NCBI GenBank assembly: GCA_051748565.1
Contig: JBNJHN010000004.1
Span: 1-62,183, forward strand
Origin: Bacillota bacterium
GTDB lineage: Bacteria; Bacillota; Dethiobacteria; DTU022
Direction: 5' to 3'
Length of the DNA stretch: 62,183 nt
In this document: piece after piece, positions 60,605 to 62,183 of the stretch
Layout: every line of letters starts with the position of its first letter
How positions within the stretch are numbered: the stretch's first letter is position 1
Position numbers and translations under genes: made by a program
Notes under the pieces: model-generated
Told to the model about the DNA's origin: nothing
What the model saw: the letters and a program-made list of their open reading frames with translations, nothing else
The model's database searches: none

Positions 60605-61726
60605 ATGGCCCTTACGGAAGGGCAAATAGTATCAATCGTGCGCTGTAAGCGTTACCATCTGGATTCTGTTCGCGAAAATATCAAGCTGCTATTGGAACCA
60701 TGGGGAGGAATAGGAACATTTATCAAGCCCGGGCAAAAGGTTCTGCTGAAACCTAATCTATTAGCTGCCGCCAGGCCCGAAGAAGCAGTAACAACTCATC
60801 CGGTAATAATGAAAGTTATGACAGAACTGGTCCGGGAAGCCGGCGGTCAGGTATTTATAGGTGACAGTCCCGGAAGTGACAATGATGAATATGTTTACCG
60901 GGAAACCGGCATGCAGGCAGTTGCAGAAGAAACAGGAGCAAAACTAATCAGGTTTGACCAGTTCTACCAGAAAGATTATTATGGTATAAAAAGACGTAAG
61001 CTGGATCTGGCCACAGCTCTGGATCAAGTTGATATCGTTATTAATATGGCTAAACTTAAAACTCATTCATTAACCGGATTAAGTGGCGCAGTTAAAAATA
61101 TTTACGGTTGTATTGTTGGTTCCAAAAAAGGTAAATTGCACTTTGACTATCCCTTGCCTGCTGATTTTTCCAGGCTGCTGATTGATGTTTTTCTGGCTGT
61201 TAACCCTGTTTTTTCAATAATTGATGCCGTTATAGCCATGGAAGGTTTGGGACCCCGCAGAGGTAAACCTAAAAATGCAGGCCTTTTACTGGCATCGCCT
61301 AATGCATTTGCTCTCGACAGAGTCGCTGCTGCAGTGGTCGGCTTTAAGCCTGAATGGGTATCCACATTACAGGTGGCAAAAGAGCAATCTCTACCTGGGA
61401 CAGATATTTCGGAGGTAGTAATCAAAGGATTAACCCTGAAAGAGAGTTTTGTTAAAGATTTCGATCCGGGAGCAGCAGTCTCAGGCGGTTTAGGGCCGCT
61501 TATAGCCCGTTTCCCCCTGGCCTGGCTCAGGAAGTTCTCGGATAGAAGACGACCTTACCCGAGGATAAATGAAATGCTTTGTACCAACTGCGCCAAATGC
61601 ATAGAAGGCTGTCCTGCCCAAATAATTTGTTTCGGAGGCAGGATCCCGGACATTGAACTTAATAGCTGTATCCGCTGTTATTGCTGCCTTGAATTCTGTC
61701 CCCAGGGAGCAATTGAGCTTAAATAA
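60605..61726 (+). CDS. DUF362-domain protein with C-terminal 2x[4Fe-4S] ferredoxin domain
   Basis: 373 aa. VLLKPNLL....THP, MAKLKTHSLTGLSGAVKN and DAVIAMEGLGP are present. The C-terminus has CTNCAKCIEGCP and CIRCYCCLEFCP. Confidence 0.78.
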   Translation: MALTEGQIVSIVRCKRYHLDSVRENIKLLLEPWGGIGTFIKPGQKVLLKPNLLAAARPEEAVTTHPVIMKVMTELVREAGGQVFIGDSPGSDNDEYVYRETGMQAVAEETGAKLIRFDQFYQKDYYGIKRRKLDLATALDQVDIVINMAKLKTHSLTGLSGAVKNIYGCIVGSKKGKLHFDYPLPADFSRLLIDVFLAVNPVFSIIDAVIAMEGLGPRRGKPKNAGLLLASPNAFALDRVAAAVVGFKPEWVSTLQVAKEQSLPGTDISEVVIKGLTLKESFVKDFDPGAAVSGGLGPLIARFPLAWLRKFSDRRRPYPRINEMLCTNCAKCIEGCPAQIICFGGRIPDIELNSCIRCYCCLEFCPQGAIELK

Positions 61727-61787
61727 CTAGAATCAGTTGAAGTATCAGACTCATATTCTGAGTTGTCCAGGAAAGGATAGTTTGCAA

Positions 61788-62006
61788 ATGGGGAAAGCAA
61801 AATATAGCCTTAAAGTATACAATGAACGCTGTAAGGATTGCGGTATCTGCTTTGAATTTTGTCCTAAAAAAAACTTAAGGCCCGGTGAAGACGGAAGCCC
61901 GGTCCTGATTGATCCCGATGAATGCACCGGCTGCAAACTTTGTGAATATTTGTGCCCCGATTTTGCCATCCAGGTCAAAGAAGAACAGCAGGATGAGCAA
62001 CAGTAA
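61788..62006 (+). CDS. 2x[4Fe-4S] ferredoxin, 2-oxoacid:ferredoxin-oxidoreductase delta-subunit-like
   Basis: 72 aa from ATG 61788 (GAAAGGA RBS). CKDCGICFEFCP and CTGCKLCEYLCP are present. No OFOR alpha/beta genes follow within the window. Confidence 0.7.
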   Translation: MGKAKYSLKVYNERCKDCGICFEFCPKKNLRPGEDGSPVLIDPDECTGCKLCEYLCPDFAIQVKEEQQDEQQ

Positions 62007-62183
62007 ATATTCAAATCTTCATTTGATTTAACTGCCCGATTTTTCCTTTTTCCCCCTTTGAAAAATGCAAACTGATAAGTGAATAATCTGCTTAACGAAA
62101 TGAGGTATACCAGTGTATAAAGCTGTGGGTTGGGAGCAATTCACCATAAATAACAGGCAGGGCTTACGGCTGTCTGCAATGTT

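Noticed and set aside
62113-62183. A partial ORF at the window edge (VYKAVGWEQFTINNRQGLRLSAM...).
   Set aside because: Only 23 codons are visible and no motif is present, so there is too little to call.
1-62183. I looked for CRISPR arrays, IS elements/transposases, integrases, phage genes, toxin-antitoxin pairs, restriction or other defence systems, and long direct or inverted repeats.
   Set aside because: None was recognised. The only repeat-like features are the paralogous gene modules reported as findings, short terminator palindromes, and a few recurring 6-8-nt motifs in the 38.4-38.8-kb gap.

Overview
A 62.2-kb chromosomal segment that looks like a strictly anaerobic Gram-positive (Clostridia-like) bacterium. 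This origin is inferred from GGAGG-type RBSs, frequent TTG/GTG starts, a Cheo-type LexA box and oxygen-sensitive Fe-S/W/Mo/Se enzymes. I support about 55 CDS, 4 tRNAs, one gene relic, and several promoters and terminators. I saw no rRNA, CRISPR array, IS element, integrase, phage or recognisable defence genes.

Layout:
- 1-8100: thiolase, ornithine carbamoyltransferase, a 1447-aa fused double activase/dehydratase-like protein, and a LexA-box-controlled Y-family polymerase with a YolD-like partner.
- 8200-24400: an anaerobic purine-catabolism island. It holds a CoA transferase, YlbF/DUF2877, an NCS2 permease, a PucR regulator, FdrA with YlbE/DUF1116, a three-subunit xanthine-dehydrogenase-family Mo hydroxylase, the selenium-dependent-hydroxylase markers YqeB-like and YqeC (fused to MocA), and a PfkB kinase.
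- 24575-31670: a P5C dehydrogenase followed by an AOR-family pterin enzyme. The AOR fold is split at its domain-1/domain-2 boundary by a HydABC/Bfu-type NuoE-NuoF-NuoG-like cassette, and a ThiS/MoaD-like GG protein follows.
- 31800-38330: tRNA-Thr/Tyr/Lys, mtnP-mtnA-mtaD-surE-rtcB, and tRNA-Trp.
- 38330-38890: a 600-nt non-coding gap with a consensus-like promoter and long-range pairing.
- 38892-46395: a second HydABC/Bfu-type NuoEF fusion, a 1316-aa mega-fusion (NuoG-N/Fd + MvhD + a proline-dehydrogenase/HcnAB/SoxA-like chain), and a DAO-type flavoenzyme.
- 46396-54218: a glutaminase relic, then a minus-strand block. It carries an unfused five-gene paralogue of that dehydrogenase plus a ureohydrolase, an SSS symporter with a 30-aa accessory ORF, an unknown 156-aa protein and a C-N hydrolase.
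- 54450-62006: proC-proB-proA, a NifV-like synthase, a ROK kinase, DedA, a DUF362 Fe-S protein and a ferredoxin.

The two covalently wired Bfu-type redox complexes are the best candidates for undescribed biology: the split AOR, and the amine-dehydrogenase mega-fusion. All family calls come from motif recognition by eye. No searches were run.
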